Shown: positions 48,923-58,666 of the stretch, one piece after another | How the letters are laid out: each line of letters starts with the position of its first letter | Position numbering within the stretch: position 1 is the first letter of the stretch | Source of the DNA: an uncultured Verrucomicrobiae bacterium | Lineage (GTDB): Bacteria > Verrucomicrobiota > Verrucomicrobiia > Chthoniobacterales > UBA10450 | DNA: 64,000 nucleotides | Assembly (NCBI GenBank): GCA_963735805.1 | Contig: CAVTMK010000004.1 | Coordinates: 288,001 to 352,000, forward strand | Direction: 5' to 3' | Notes under the pieces: model-generated | The model's input: only the letters and a program-made list of their open reading frames with translations | What the model was told of the DNA's origin: nothing | The model's database searches: none | Translations under genes and position numbers: made by a program

Positions 48923-49761
48923 GTCGGATAGAACGTAGTGTAAACGACGTTGTAGAGCGTATCGAAACCAATCACTGCGGTGATTGCAGTAACAACACTG
49001 GACGTCGTCGAACTGCCCACTCCCGCGGCGCCGCCTTTCACTGTCAATCCCCTGTAGCAGGCGATCGCGGCGATCAATAGACCGAACAGAAAACTCTTCA
49101 AAATGCCGGTGACAATGTCGCGGATTAGCAATGAATCTTTCACGAGGTCGAAAAAGTAAGGGAAAGCAATACTGAAGTAGGCTTTGCAGACCAGGCTGCT
49201 GGCGAATATCGCCGCCATGTTCGAAACAGTAGAAAGGCACGGCATCAACAAGACCAGGGCGAGCATTCGTGGCGCGACCAGGAAGCGCAACGGTCCGATG
49301 CCCATGGCTTCGATCGCCTCGACTTCTTCGGAAACCTGCATGGTGCCGAGCTCCGCTGTAAACGCCGCGCCGATGCGCGCTGCGATCATGATGCCTGTAA
49401 GCAAAGGCCCAAGCTCGCGCGTAAAAGCAATCGCAACCAGACCGGGAATCAGTCGCTCCGTTCCGAAACGCTGCAACTGGTAGCCGGTCAACAACGCCAT
49501 CGTCAGGCCAAGAAAAAAGGAAACCAGCCCTACGAGCGGCACCGAGTCGACACCGACCCGCTCGGTATGGCGAAAAAAACTGGCGGCAGAAAACGGGAGG
49601 CGTCCACGCTGAATCCGCTCGAACGTTTCTTCGAACGTATTCGCAATCAGCCAGAAGACGCTGCCCACTTCGCGAAGAAAATAGCGAGTGACATGGCCGA
49701 CTCCCTCGGCAATGACAACGGGCGGCGGTTCAGCGTTCGGCATGGACAGAAGTTGCCTCAC
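48919..49761 (-). CDS. mlaE: MlaE family ABC permease
   Basis: RELGP.LT....A.R.GAA..AELGTM.VSEE..A...MG, GGA.GVG..TT. Confidence 0.94.
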   Translation of the reverse strand: MRQLLSMPNAEPPPVVIAEGVGHVTRYFLREVGSVFWLIANTFEETFERIQRGRLPFSAASFFRHTERVGVDSVPLVGLVSFFLGLTMALLTGYQLQRFGTERLIPGLVAIAFTRELGPLLTGIMIAARIGAAFTAELGTMQVSEEVEAIEAMGIGPLRFLVAPRMLALVLLMPCLSTVSNMAAIFASSLVCKAYFSIAFPYFFDLVKDSLLIRDIVTGILKSFLFGLLIAAIACYRGLTVKGGAAGVGSSTTSSVVTAITAVIGFDTLYNVVYTTFYPT

Positions 49762-49787
49762 TTCTCCATCGGGAAAAGAGCAAAGTA

Positions 49788-49857
49788 TTGAGATGTTAAA
49801 CGTTAAACGGGTTACAAAGCCGAAACGGACGGGACGATTTAGTGCTTCAACAGTTCG
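49788..49857. repeat. Degenerate GTTRAA-type short tandem array
   Basis: tgttaaa cgttaaa cgggttaca ... tttagtgcttcaacag. Confidence 0.55.
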
Positions 49858-49927
49858 GCATTTCGTGAAAGCTTTCGACGCGTGGCCTTTAGATGTTGAA
49901 ATTCGACCACGCTAACCACGACGCGGT

Positions 49928-51007
49928 GTGAAACTGTTTCGAAGAACAAATTGCTTGTTGGTCACGGTGCTATTTAGTGCGGAGGCGCTCCTGGCAGACG
50001 CCAGGCAATCATCTCCGGCGAGGGCTCCAAACGAGGGAGAACCAGACAATCAACCAGGCATGGAAACGAAGAAAATCGGACTCGCAATCCACGGCGGTGC
50101 TGGAACTATCGAGCGAAGCAACATGACCCCGGAGCGCGAGCGCGAATATCGCACCGGACTCGAACGGGCGCTCACGGCCGGTTATGAAACGCTTAAGCGT
50201 GGTGGCTCAAGTCTGGATGCGACGGAAGCCGCTGTGCGCGTACTTGAAGACGATCCACATTTTAACGCAGGCAAAGGCTCGGTGTTCACAAGCGCCGGGA
50301 CGAACGAGATGGACGCAGCCATCATGGACGGGAAAACACTTGCCGCCGGCGCGGTCGCTTCGTTGAAGCACATCAAAAATCCGATCAACCTCGCCCGGTT
50401 GGTGATGGAAAAATCCGGACACGTCATGATGGATGGCGAAGGCGCAGAAGCGTTCGCGAGGGAAAATGGTATTGAACCCGTAGACCAGAAATATTTTTTT
50501 ACCCAGGAGCGTTGGGATGCTTTGCAGAAGATGAAGGCTACTGAAAAGAGTCGAACGGGCGCTACCGGGAAAAAGTTTCTGATTAACGATCAAGATCGGC
50601 ACGGCACAGTGGGTGCAGTGGCACTGGATCAAAACGGGAATCTTGCGGCAGCGACTTCAACGGGTGGCACAACAAACAAGCGACCCGGTCGTATTGGCGA
50701 TTCGCCCGTAATCGGTGCAGGCACCTACGCAAACAATTCAACATGCGCCGTTTCCGCGACCGGCGACGGTGAATATTTTATCCGCGCAACAGTTGGACGT
50801 GACGTTTCGGCTTTGATGGAATATCGCGGGATGTCTCTCAAGGACGCGGCGCAGGCCGCTCTGGACAAGGTCGGGAAACTTGGCGGTACCGGCGGACTGA
50901 TCGCCATCGATCGCCTGGGCAACATTGCTTTGCCATTCAATACAGCTGGAATGTATCGCGGCTACGTCGATCCAAACGGCAAGTTTGTGATCGAAATCTA
51001 TCGTTGA
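49928..51007 (+). CDS. iaaA: Isoaspartyl peptidase/L-asparaginase (Ntn hydrolase)
   Basis: IHGGAG, FNAGKG, EMDA, G/TVGAVA autocleavage site, TSTGG, GRIGDSP, TG.GE. Confidence 0.95.
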   Translation: MKLFRRTNCLLVTVLFSAEALLADARQSSPARAPNEGEPDNQPGMETKKIGLAIHGGAGTIERSNMTPEREREYRTGLERALTAGYETLKRGGSSLDATEAAVRVLEDDPHFNAGKGSVFTSAGTNEMDAAIMDGKTLAAGAVASLKHIKNPINLARLVMEKSGHVMMDGEGAEAFARENGIEPVDQKYFFTQERWDALQKMKATEKSRTGATGKKFLINDQDRHGTVGAVALDQNGNLAAATSTGGTTNKRPGRIGDSPVIGAGTYANNSTCAVSATGDGEYFIRATVGRDVSALMEYRGMSLKDAAQAALDKVGKLGGTGGLIAIDRLGNIALPFNTAGMYRGYVDPNGKFVIEIYR

Positions 51008-51077
51008 AGTGTTAAAGCGTTGAGGCGTTAAGGCGCTTGAAATGGAGACCTGGTTCAACGCTTCAACTGTTTAACGA
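51002..51077. repeat. Inverted pair of 8-bp tandem arrays
   Basis: cgttgaag tgttaaag cgttgagg cgttaagg ... ttcaacgc ttcaactg tttaacga. Confidence 0.75.
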
Positions 51078-51083
51078 ACTCCC

Positions 51084-51797
51084 ATGCTTCCACCCTTTTC
51101 CGTCGTTATTCCCTGCTTCAACGAAGCGGCGCGCATTGGAGAGACGCTTCGCCTCTCGCTCGATTATCTCGCGGCCAATGCGCCGAAGAGCGAATTGATC
51201 GTGGTGAATGACGGATCAACCGACGCAACTGCGGCCATTGCGCGTGAAAGATTGAACGATGCAAAAGTCGAGACGCGCTTGCTCGAGAATTTTCCAAATC
51301 GGGGCAAAGGCGCGGCCGTTCGTTCCGGATTGCTTGCTGCGCAGAAACCGATCGGTCTGTTTTTCGATGCGGATCTTTCCACGCCGCTGGCCGAGGCACC
51401 CAAATTGATCGAGCCGATTGCAAACGGGGAGGTCGACATTGCATTTGGGTCTCGGGCGCTGAATCGGGGATTGATCGGCATCCATCAACCGTGGCGACGC
51501 GAGCAGGCCGGCCGCGCGTTCAACTTGCTGGTGCGTCTCGCCACCGGCCTGCCATTTTGGGATACTCAATGCGGGTTTAAGGCGTTTCGCCTCGACGTTT
51601 GCCGCGCTATCCTTGAAGCCGCCTGCATCGATGGCTTCGCTTTCGATGTTGAACTGCTTTATCTCGCGCAGCATGCTGGATTGCGAATCCGAGAAATTCC
51701 AGTGCGCTGGAACCATGCTGAGGGGAGCAAGGTTCAGTTTTTCAAGGATAGCCTGCGCATGTTGCGGGAAGTGATCACGCTGAGAACACGAACGTAG
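51084..51797 (+). CDS. GT2 polyprenyl-phosphate glycosyltransferase (DPG synthase-like)
   Basis: SVVIP.FNE, NDGS.D, NRGKG.AV, DADL, GSR, DTQCGFK, FDVE. Confidence 0.92.
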   Translation: MLPPFSVVIPCFNEAARIGETLRLSLDYLAANAPKSELIVVNDGSTDATAAIARERLNDAKVETRLLENFPNRGKGAAVRSGLLAAQKPIGLFFDADLSTPLAEAPKLIEPIANGEVDIAFGSRALNRGLIGIHQPWRREQAGRAFNLLVRLATGLPFWDTQCGFKAFRLDVCRAILEAACIDGFAFDVELLYLAQHAGLRIREIPVRWNHAEGSKVQFFKDSLRMLREVITLRTRT

Positions 51798-51900
51798 TCG
51801 TCCAACGGATTTGAGGGATCTCACCAAATCTGATTGAGCGCACCACGTAGCTTGCGTGCTCTACATTTCACTGGGGAGGTCTGGCTTTGCTCGGGATGAC
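51797..51900. repeat. Degenerate family A repeat upstream of lhr
   Basis: GAGGGATCTCAC ... GGGAGGTC...TTTGCTCGGGATGAC; 3' end matches the uvrC copy. Confidence 0.7.
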
Positions 51901-51955
51901 AAAGGCTCCGTAGCTTTTCTTTGTCGTGTCTTCACATAAATTGGTTTTGTTTTCC

Positions 51956-54900
51956 ATGCAGTCATTCCGATTTCATCCTGCGGTCGCACGGTGGTTCGAG
52001 CAGACATTCGGATCACCGACAGAGCCGCAACTGCGCGGATGGCCGGCAATCCAATCCGGTCGTCACGCGCTGATTTCTGCCCCCACGGGCTCCGGCAAAA
52101 CGCTAGCAGCGTTTCTTGCTTCGCTGGATGCGCTGTTCCGTAAAGGCACACTGGATGATTTGCCCGATGAAACGCAGGTCGTTTACGTGTCACCGCTCAA
52201 AGCATTGAGCAACGATATCCGGAAAAATTTACAGGAGCCGCTCGCTGGAATTCGCGCGTTGCTGCGTGAAACCGAAGGTCATGAGATCGACGTGCGCGCC
52301 GAAGTCCGCACGGGCGATACAACCGCGGCGCAGCGCCAGGCGCTGATCAAAAACCCACCACACATTCTCGTTACTACGCCCGAGTCTCTTTATTTGCTAC
52401 TCACTTCCGACTCCGGCCGGCGCATGTTGAGCACGGCCCGAACGCTTATCGTGGACGAGATACACGCCGTGGTGGATGACCGGCGAGGCGCGCATCTTGC
52501 CCTGAGCGTGGAGCGTTTGGTTGCGTTAACGAAATCCGCGGCCGCGAGACCGCTTCAGCGAATCGGTTTGTCCGCGACGCAGAAACCAATCGAAGAAGTA
52601 GCGCGTTTTCTGGTTGGAGCGCATGCGGTGGAAGAAGCCGGCGATCCGGATTGTGAAATCGTCGACATCGGTCACCGCCGCGAATTGGATGTGGCGATTG
52701 AACTTCCCAAGTCGCCGCTTGAGGCGGTGATGTCGAATGAAGTTTGGGAGGAGATCTACCATCGATTGGCAGAGTTGATTCAGGCGCACAAGACGACTTT
52801 GGTGTTCGTGAATACGCGTCGAATGGCCGAACGCGTGACGCACCATTTGAGCGAGCTGCTTGGTTCAGAGGCAGTGACGTCGCATCACGGAAGTCTTTCC
52901 GCGAAGCTGCGCCTGGATGCGGAAGATCGATTAAAGCGAGGCGACCTGAAAGCGCTCGTTGCCACGGCTTCCCTGGAGTTAGGCATTGATATCGGTTCGG
53001 TTGAACTCGTCTGTCAGCTCGGCACGACGCGATCCATCGCCACCCTGCTGCAGCGGGTCGGGCGGGCCGAGCACAAACGAGGTGGCCTTCCGAAGGGTCG
53101 CATTTTCCCGTTGAGCCGCGACGAGCTCGTCGAATGCGCGGCATTACTGCGTTGTGTCCAACGTGGCGAGCTTGATCGCCTGAGCATTCCTGAAAAGCCG
53201 CTGGATGTCCTGGCCCAGCAAATTGTCGCCGCAACTTCCGCGGAAGATTGGGATGAAAATGAGATCTTCAAACTTGTCTGTTCGTCCTGGCCATATCGCA
53301 ATCTCACTCGCGAAGAATTCGACGGCGTGGTGAAAATGCTCGCGGAAGGTTTCAGCACCAAGCGCGGCCGACGCTCTGCGTTGATTCATCACGATGCAGT
53401 CAATCATCGTTTGCGTGGACGGCGCGGCGCACGGCTCGTTGCGCTCACATCTGGCGGTGCGATTCCCGACAACACCGATTACCGCGTGATCCTTGAGCCG
53501 TCGGAAACTTTCGTTGGCACAGTGAACGAGGATTTCGCGGTGGAAAGCTTGGCCGGCGATATTTTCCAGCTGGGCAATGCTTCGTGGCGAATTCTCCGAA
53601 TCAACTCCGGCGTCGTCCGCGTCGAAGATGCCAAAGGCCAGCCACCGGGAATCCCATTCTGGCTCGGTGAAGCTCCGGCGCGTACATCAGAGCTATCGCA
53701 GGCCGTATCCGATTTGCGGACGGAGATGGAAAAGAGACTCGCTGGAGGCCAAAATCCCACTCAATGGCTCGGCCAGGAAGTGAAGTTGCCAGCTGAAGCG
53801 GCTGAGCAGTTGGGCGACTATTTCGCTGACGCTTATCGCTCGCTCGGCGCAATTCCGTCACAGCGAACTCTGGTCATGGAACGTTTTTTCGATGAATCGG
53901 GCGGGATGCAGCTTGTTCTTCACTCGCCCTTCGGCAATCGAATCAATCGCGCGTGGGGTCTTGCTTTACGAAAGCGTTTTTGTCGCTCCTTCAATTTCGA
54001 GCTTCAAGCAGCGGCTACGGACGACGCGATTGTGATTTCACTGGGCACACAGCATTCGTTTCCACTCGAAGAAGTTTTTCATTATCTGAATTCAAAAACG
54101 GTTCACGACCTGCTCGTTCAGGCCCTGCTCGACGCGCCGATGTTCACTATTCGCTGGCGCTGGAATGCGACGCGTTCATTGGCAGTGCCTCGGTTTCGTG
54201 GTGGCGCAAAAATCGCCGCGCCGTTGCAGCGAATGGAGTCGGAAAATCTTTTGGCGGCAGTTTTTCCAGATCAGCTCGCCTGTCTGGAACACATCGTGGG
54301 TGATCGCGAAATTCCGGACCATCCATTGGTAAAGCAGACGATCGAGGATTGTTTGACCGAAGCGATGGACATCGAAGGTTTGGAAGAAGTGTTGCGCAAG
54401 ATCGAACGTGGCGAGATCCGCTGTGTGGCGCGCGATTTACCGGAACCGTCCGCGCTCGCGTCTGAGATTCTCAACGCCCGGCCATACGCTTTTCTGGATA
54501 ATGCGCCTTTGGAGGAACGCCGGACCCAGGCGGTTTACACACGTCGCGCGTCCGAGCGCAATGGCAGCGATGCGTTAGGAGTTCTCGATGCGGAAGCGAT
54601 TGGCAAAGTGCAAAACGAAGCGTGGCCTGAAGCAACGAATGCAGATGAATTGCACGACGCATTGATGCTGCTCGGCGTAATGGCGCCAGAGGAGTTGGAG
54701 CGAACATCGGACCGCAAGAGTGCGGAACAATTCTTATCAGTACTCGTCGCCGAAAACCGGGCGACCCAGCTTATTCTTCCCACGCAATATCCGAACGATT
54801 ACAAGGTCTTGAAGTGTGGCGTTGCTGGGCCGCTTTCTAACGGCGAGGAGATTCCCGAAAAGCGCCACAGCGATGGCACACTGCCAAATGCTGGCGCGAC

Positions 54901-56434
54901 TAAGGTGTTCTGGATTGCTGCGGAACGGCTTCCAATGATTCAAGCGATTTACCCGAGCGCGCGTGTCGAGCCTGTTTTGAGTGTTCCCCAGTCGGTGCGT
55001 GGAAAAACCTGGGAACGCGCGGAAGCGATTCGCGAACAGGTTCGCGGCCGAATGGAAGTTTGCGGGCCGATCGGGGTTGATGAGTTGTCAGAGCTTTTGA
55101 TCTTGCTGCGCCCGGACGTCGAAGCGGCATTGCTGGGGCTCGAAGCCGAGGGATTTGTTTTACGCGGCAAGTTTCGACCGCAGGCAACGGATCAGGAGTG
55201 GTGCGACCGCCGGTTGCTGGCGCGAATTCATCGGCTCACGATCGATCGATTACGCGCGGAGATTCAACCCGTCTCCCCGCAGGATTTTTATCGCTTTCTT
55301 TTCGCGTGGCAGAGCGCTGATCCGGAACACCACCGTGAAGGCCCTGAAGGTTTGCAATCTGTTCTCGAACAACTGGACGGGTGCGAGCTGCCGTTGGCCG
55401 CGTGGGAATCTGCGGTCCTCGCCGCGCGAATTCCCGACTACGATCCTGAATGGCTCGACCGGCTTTGTTTTTCAGGCCGGGTTGGCTGGGCACGCTTGAG
55501 CGCGCCGCAAAATTCAAACACTCGGACGAGCGCTCCTTTACGAACAAGTCCCATCGCGCTTTATCAACGCGAGAATCTCCGGCATTGGCTAACGTTAACG
55601 CAAGCGCATTCGGAGATAGAACTCTCCGGTGCCAGCCGAATTCTGTTCGATACGCTTACAGATGGCGGGGCTCTCTTCTTTAGCGAATTGGTGCGCCGCA
55701 GCGGCCTGCTTCCTTCTCAAGTTGAAGAGGCTTTGTCGCAACTTGCCGCGCTCGGTTTGGTGACTTCAGATAGTTTCGACGGATTGCGAGCTCTTTTGGT
55801 CCCGTCGAATAAGCGTCCGACGTTTGGCCGGAATATTGGGAAACGGCGACGCAAAACAAACCTCGCCAGCATCGAGTTTGCGGGACGCTGGTCATTGCTG
55901 AGAACGGATGCCGCGTCGCGAACATTGAGAAATGGCGCGGAAAATGCCGCCTGGGACGCAGCTGTTGAAAAATTTGCGCGATTGTTGCTGCATCGGTATG
56001 GGATCGTGTTTCGCCGTTTGCTCGAACGCGAAAGTCTCCCGGTGACGTGGTATGAACTGGGACGAATTTATCGGCGATTGGAAGCGCGAGGCGAGATTCG
56101 TGGTGGCTATTTTGTGGGAGGAATCAGCGGCGAACAATTTGCCTTGCCGGAGGCTATTGGTTTATTGCGTTCCATTCGCAAGGCGTCGCTAAACGGCCAG
56201 CTGATCCCGCTGAGTGCCGCGGACCCGCTAAATTTGCAAGGAATTCTGACGCCGGGGCCACGAATCTCCGCGTTCACTGCGAATCGTATTTTGTTCTCAG
56301 GCGGATTGCCCATCGCGGCGCTCGAAGCCGGTGAGATTCGCAAACTCACGGATACGCCGGTTTCTGATTTGCAAATCGAGACGGCCCTAAGAGTCGGAAA
56401 ACTGCGGCCATCATTGCGACCATATTACAAATGA
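51956..56434 (+). CDS. lhr: Lhr-family ATP-dependent helicase (long form)
   Basis: [52 protein letters not shown]-terminal SAADP.N. Confidence 0.95.
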   Translation: MQSFRFHPAVARWFEQTFGSPTEPQLRGWPAIQSGRHALISAPTGSGKTLAAFLASLDALFRKGTLDDLPDETQVVYVSPLKALSNDIRKNLQEPLAGIRALLRETEGHEIDVRAEVRTGDTTAAQRQALIKNPPHILVTTPESLYLLLTSDSGRRMLSTARTLIVDEIHAVVDDRRGAHLALSVERLVALTKSAAARPLQRIGLSATQKPIEEVARFLVGAHAVEEAGDPDCEIVDIGHRRELDVAIELPKSPLEAVMSNEVWEEIYHRLAELIQAHKTTLVFVNTRRMAERVTHHLSELLGSEAVTSHHGSLSAKLRLDAEDRLKRGDLKALVATASLELGIDIGSVELVCQLGTTRSIATLLQRVGRAEHKRGGLPKGRIFPLSRDELVECAALLRCVQRGELDRLSIPEKPLDVLAQQIVAATSAEDWDENEIFKLVCSSWPYRNLTREEFDGVVKMLAEGFSTKRGRRSALIHHDAVNHRLRGRRGARLVALTSGGAIPDNTDYRVILEPSETFVGTVNEDFAVESLAGDIFQLGNASWRILRINSGVVRVEDAKGQPPGIPFWLGEAPARTSELSQAVSDLRTEMEKRLAGGQNPTQWLGQEVKLPAEAAEQLGDYFADAYRSLGAIPSQRTLVMERFFDESGGMQLVLHSPFGNRINRAWGLALRKRFCRSFNFELQAAATDDAIVISLGTQHSFPLEEVFHYLNSKTVHDLLVQALLDAPMFTIRWRWNATRSLAVPRFRGGAKIAAPLQRMESENLLAAVFPDQLACLEHIVGDREIPDHPLVKQTIEDCLTEAMDIEGLEEVLRKIERGEIRCVARDLPEPSALASEILNARPYAFLDNAPLEERRTQAVYTRRASERNGSDALGVLDAEAIGKVQNEAWPEATNADELHDALMLLGVMAPEELERTSDRKSAEQFLSVLVAENRATQLILPTQYPNDYKVLKCGVAGPLSNGEEIPEKRHSDGTLPNAGATKVFWIAAERLPMIQAIYPSARVEPVLSVPQSVRGKTWERAEAIREQVRGRMEVCGPIGVDELSELLILLRPDVEAALLGLEAEGFVLRGKFRPQATDQEWCDRRLLARIHRLTIDRLRAEIQPVSPQDFYRFLFAWQSADPEHHREGPEGLQSVLEQLDGCELPLAAWESAVLAARIPDYDPEWLDRLCFSGRVGWARLSAPQNSNTRTSAPLRTSPIALYQRENLRHWLTLTQAHSEIELSGASRILFDTLTDGGALFFSELVRRSGLLPSQVEEALSQLAALGLVTSDSFDGLRALLVPSNKRPTFGRNIGKRRRKTNLASIEFAGRWSLLRTDAASRTLRNGAENAAWDAAVEKFARLLLHRYGIVFRRLLERESLPVTWYELGRIYRRLEARGEIRGGYFVGGISGEQFALPEAIGLLRSIRKASLNGQLIPLSAADPLNLQGILTPGPRISAFTANRILFSGGLPIAALEAGEIRKLTDTPVSDLQIETALRVGKLRPSLRPYYK
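54809..54887. repeat. Imperfect palindrome in-frame within lhr
   Basis: AGTGTGGCGTTGCTGGGCCGCTTT vs AAAGCGCCACAGCGATGGCACACT inverted arms. Confidence 0.65.
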
Positions 56435-56442
56435 TCCCAATG

Positions 56443-56550
56443 GTCATTCCGAGCGGAGCGAGGAACCTCACAATCGAAGCGAGTATTACCCGAACGTACT
56501 TGCCGTGACGCTCGACCCCGTGAGAGATCCTTCGCTTCGCTGAGGATGAC
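56443..56550. repeat. Family A palindromic repeat downstream of lhr
   Basis: GTCATTCCGAGCGGAGCGAGGAACCTCAC ... GTGAGAGATCCTTCGCTTCGCTGAGGATGAC. Confidence 0.88.
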
Positions 56551-56567
56551 GAGCCGTTAAAGCCTCG

Positions 56568-56975
56568 TTATTTCTTGACGATCTCGGCGTTCTCGATCAT
56601 GGCGATGCCGCCGCGCTCGGCCAGCTTGCCTTTCACTGTGATCGTCTTCCCGCAGTATTCAGCAAGTTGATCGTTCATCGGCTTGTGCTCGCCGACAACC
56701 AGATAGGCTTTGCCATCGCTGACGATTCCCGCTGGTCCGCCGCTCTTGATGCACTTGGCACCGCAGGACTGGCCATGTTTTTCGCCGACGGCATTATGAT
56801 CGACGTAGCACATCATATCGACTACTTCGCCGGTGACTTCCTTTGAAGCGGCCGTGTCGTCACCATGCTCGTGCTCCTGCGCCATCGCTAGTGGGGCAGC
56901 TGTCAGTGCGACCACGAATGTCGAAGCGACTGCGATTCGAATAATCGCATGCTTGTTTGTTGTTGAATTGAACAT
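56568..56975 (-). CDS. Secreted small Cys/His/Met-rich protein
   Basis: Signal peptide, EHEHG, GEVVD..CY, H..C..KC...G.P, C-terminal VKG. Confidence 0.8.
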   Translation of the reverse strand: MFNSTTNKHAIIRIAVASTFVVALTAAPLAMAQEHEHGDDTAASKEVTGEVVDMMCYVDHNAVGEKHGQSCGAKCIKSGGPAGIVSDGKAYLVVGEHKPMNDQLAEYCGKTITVKGKLAERGGIAMIENAEIVKK

Positions 56976-57066
56976 GAGGCAAATGTCGGCCTCTCCCGGG
57001 ATTGGTCAATGCAGCGACGCAGAGAATCGTGTCTGCGAGTTTGCCGCGGCAGACAAGACTGTCTCC

Positions 57067-58209
57067 TTACACGATTTTCTCAATCAAATCGGCGAACTGA
57101 TCGAAAAAGTATGATGCATCATGTGGTCCGGGCGCGGCTTCAGGGTGATATTGGACGCTGAAGATCGGCAGTTCCTTGTGCCGCATGCCTTCCACGGTGC
57201 CGTCGTTCAAATTTATGTGCGTCACTTCGACATTGGACGGCAGCGACTCCGGATCGACGGCAAACCCGTGATTCTGCGCCGTGATTGCCACTTTGCCGCT
57301 GTTCAAATCTTTCACAGGCTGGTTCGCACCGTGATGGCCAAATTTCAGTTTGTAGGTCGATCCGCCGAACGCGAATGCAAGAATCTGATGACCGAGGCAA
57401 ATCCCGAAAATCGGTTTCTGCCCCATCAAATCGCGCGTTGCTTGATGCGCATACGCGAGGGCCGCAGGATCACCGGGCCCGTTGGAAAGAAAAATGCCAT
57501 CGGGATTCAGCCCGAGCACTTCTTTGGCAGTGGTGTTCGCTGGCACCACTGTGACGCCGAAACCTTTCTGCCGCAGAAGCCGCAGGATATTTTCTTTGAT
57601 TCCATAATCGTAGGCAACGACACGAAACCGGACAGGCGGAAGCATGGGTGTGATTCCGCCGTTAGTGGATCTGACCGACCACGGCTCGCTCAGCTTGTCC
57701 TCGGGATCCCATTGGTAAATTTCGCGCGCCGAAACCTCGCGGACATAATCCATTCCGATAACGCCCTCACCTTTGATCGCCTCCTGCGTTGCTTCCTCGG
57801 GCGACATTTCTTCCGTAGTCAAACAAGCTTTCATCGCTCCACGCGTGCGCAGATGCCGCGTTAACGCGCGAGTATCAATCCCCTGCGCGCCGGGAACGTT
57901 CCATTTCTTCAAATATTCATCGAGCGACATTTCCGAGCGCCAGTTGCTTGGGGTTTCGGTCAGTTCTTCAATGACAAAGCCGCGCACATGCGGCGAACAG
58001 CTTTCCTGATCGAGTGAATTCGTGCCGTAATTGCCAATCAACGGATATGTCATCGCTACAATCTGCCCGCGATAAGAAGGATCGGTTAACACTTCCTGAT
58101 AACCGGTCATGGCTGTGTTGAAACAAACTTCGCCTACACGGGTGCCGGTTGCGCCAAATGATTCGCCTTCGAAAAATCGACCGTCTTCGAGGGCTAGGAG
58201 TGCGCGCAT
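57067..58209 (-). CDS. carA: Carbamoyl-phosphate synthase small subunit
   Basis: GEV.FNT.MTGYQE..TDPSY.GQ, SNGPGDP, GICLGHQ, QNHG, QYHPE. Confidence 0.97.
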   Translation of the reverse strand: MRALLALEDGRFFEGESFGATGTRVGEVCFNTAMTGYQEVLTDPSYRGQIVAMTYPLIGNYGTNSLDQESCSPHVRGFVIEELTETPSNWRSEMSLDEYLKKWNVPGAQGIDTRALTRHLRTRGAMKACLTTEEMSPEEATQEAIKGEGVIGMDYVREVSAREIYQWDPEDKLSEPWSVRSTNGGITPMLPPVRFRVVAYDYGIKENILRLLRQKGFGVTVVPANTTAKEVLGLNPDGIFLSNGPGDPAALAYAHQATRDLMGQKPIFGICLGHQILAFAFGGSTYKLKFGHHGANQPVKDLNSGKVAITAQNHGFAVDPESLPSNVEVTHINLNDGTVEGMRHKELPIFSVQYHPEAAPGPHDASYFFDQFADLIEKIV

Positions 58210-58338
58210 GTCACCGCGCACTGTGGATCGTGAGGCAGAATTTTCAAATTTGTTAGAGCGATGAATCTTTGAAGCGGCAAAGCCGAGCGGCCACAGCGCT
58301 ATGGCTTTTTAATGCTTCAACGTTTTAGCGCAGCAACG

Positions 58339-58372
58339 AAAAACCCGGATCGAAAATTCGATCCGGGCTTTT
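58339..58372 (-). terminator. Intrinsic terminator after 6S RNA (potentially bidirectional)
   Basis: AAAAA-CCCGGATCGAA-aa-TTCGATCCGGG-CTTTT. Confidence 0.85.
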
Positions 58373-58376
58373 AAAT

Positions 58377-58562
58377 TATTACCCCGCTGATGCCGTTTAG
58401 GCGGATCTCCCGTTCCCTTTTCGTAACGGGCGGATGACCGTCGCCGTAGCATCTGACTTCCAATTAAGGCCTGCCATCTTCTCCCAGCGACTCAGCCTCC
58501 TCAAGTTAGCCAAATATCGGTTCGGGAATCCCACCTGTAATCTCGAACATCGCAGGGTAAAG
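58377..58562 (-). ncRNA. ssrS: 6S RNA
   Basis: About 185 nt; 5' TACCCTGCGATGTTCG pairs with 3' CGGCATCAGCGGGGTA; internal CCCGAACCGATATTT resembles E. coli 6S CCCUGAGCCGAUAUUU; downstream of pheT and followed by a terminator. Confidence 0.88.
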
Positions 58563-58666
58563 TCCGAAATCACCCGCGACTGATGAGAGCCGCTGGTTGA
58601 GAGTTGAGCGAAAAGCACTGGTTTTCTTCCCAACCCTCAACAAACGACTCTCAAATTTTCAAAGAA

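Noticed and set aside
48923..49240. N-terminal extension of the MlaF ORF (likewise extensions of hisS, yhaM-like, the symporter and thiG)
   Set aside because: They overlap neighbouring genes or repeats; downstream starts fit family lengths better.
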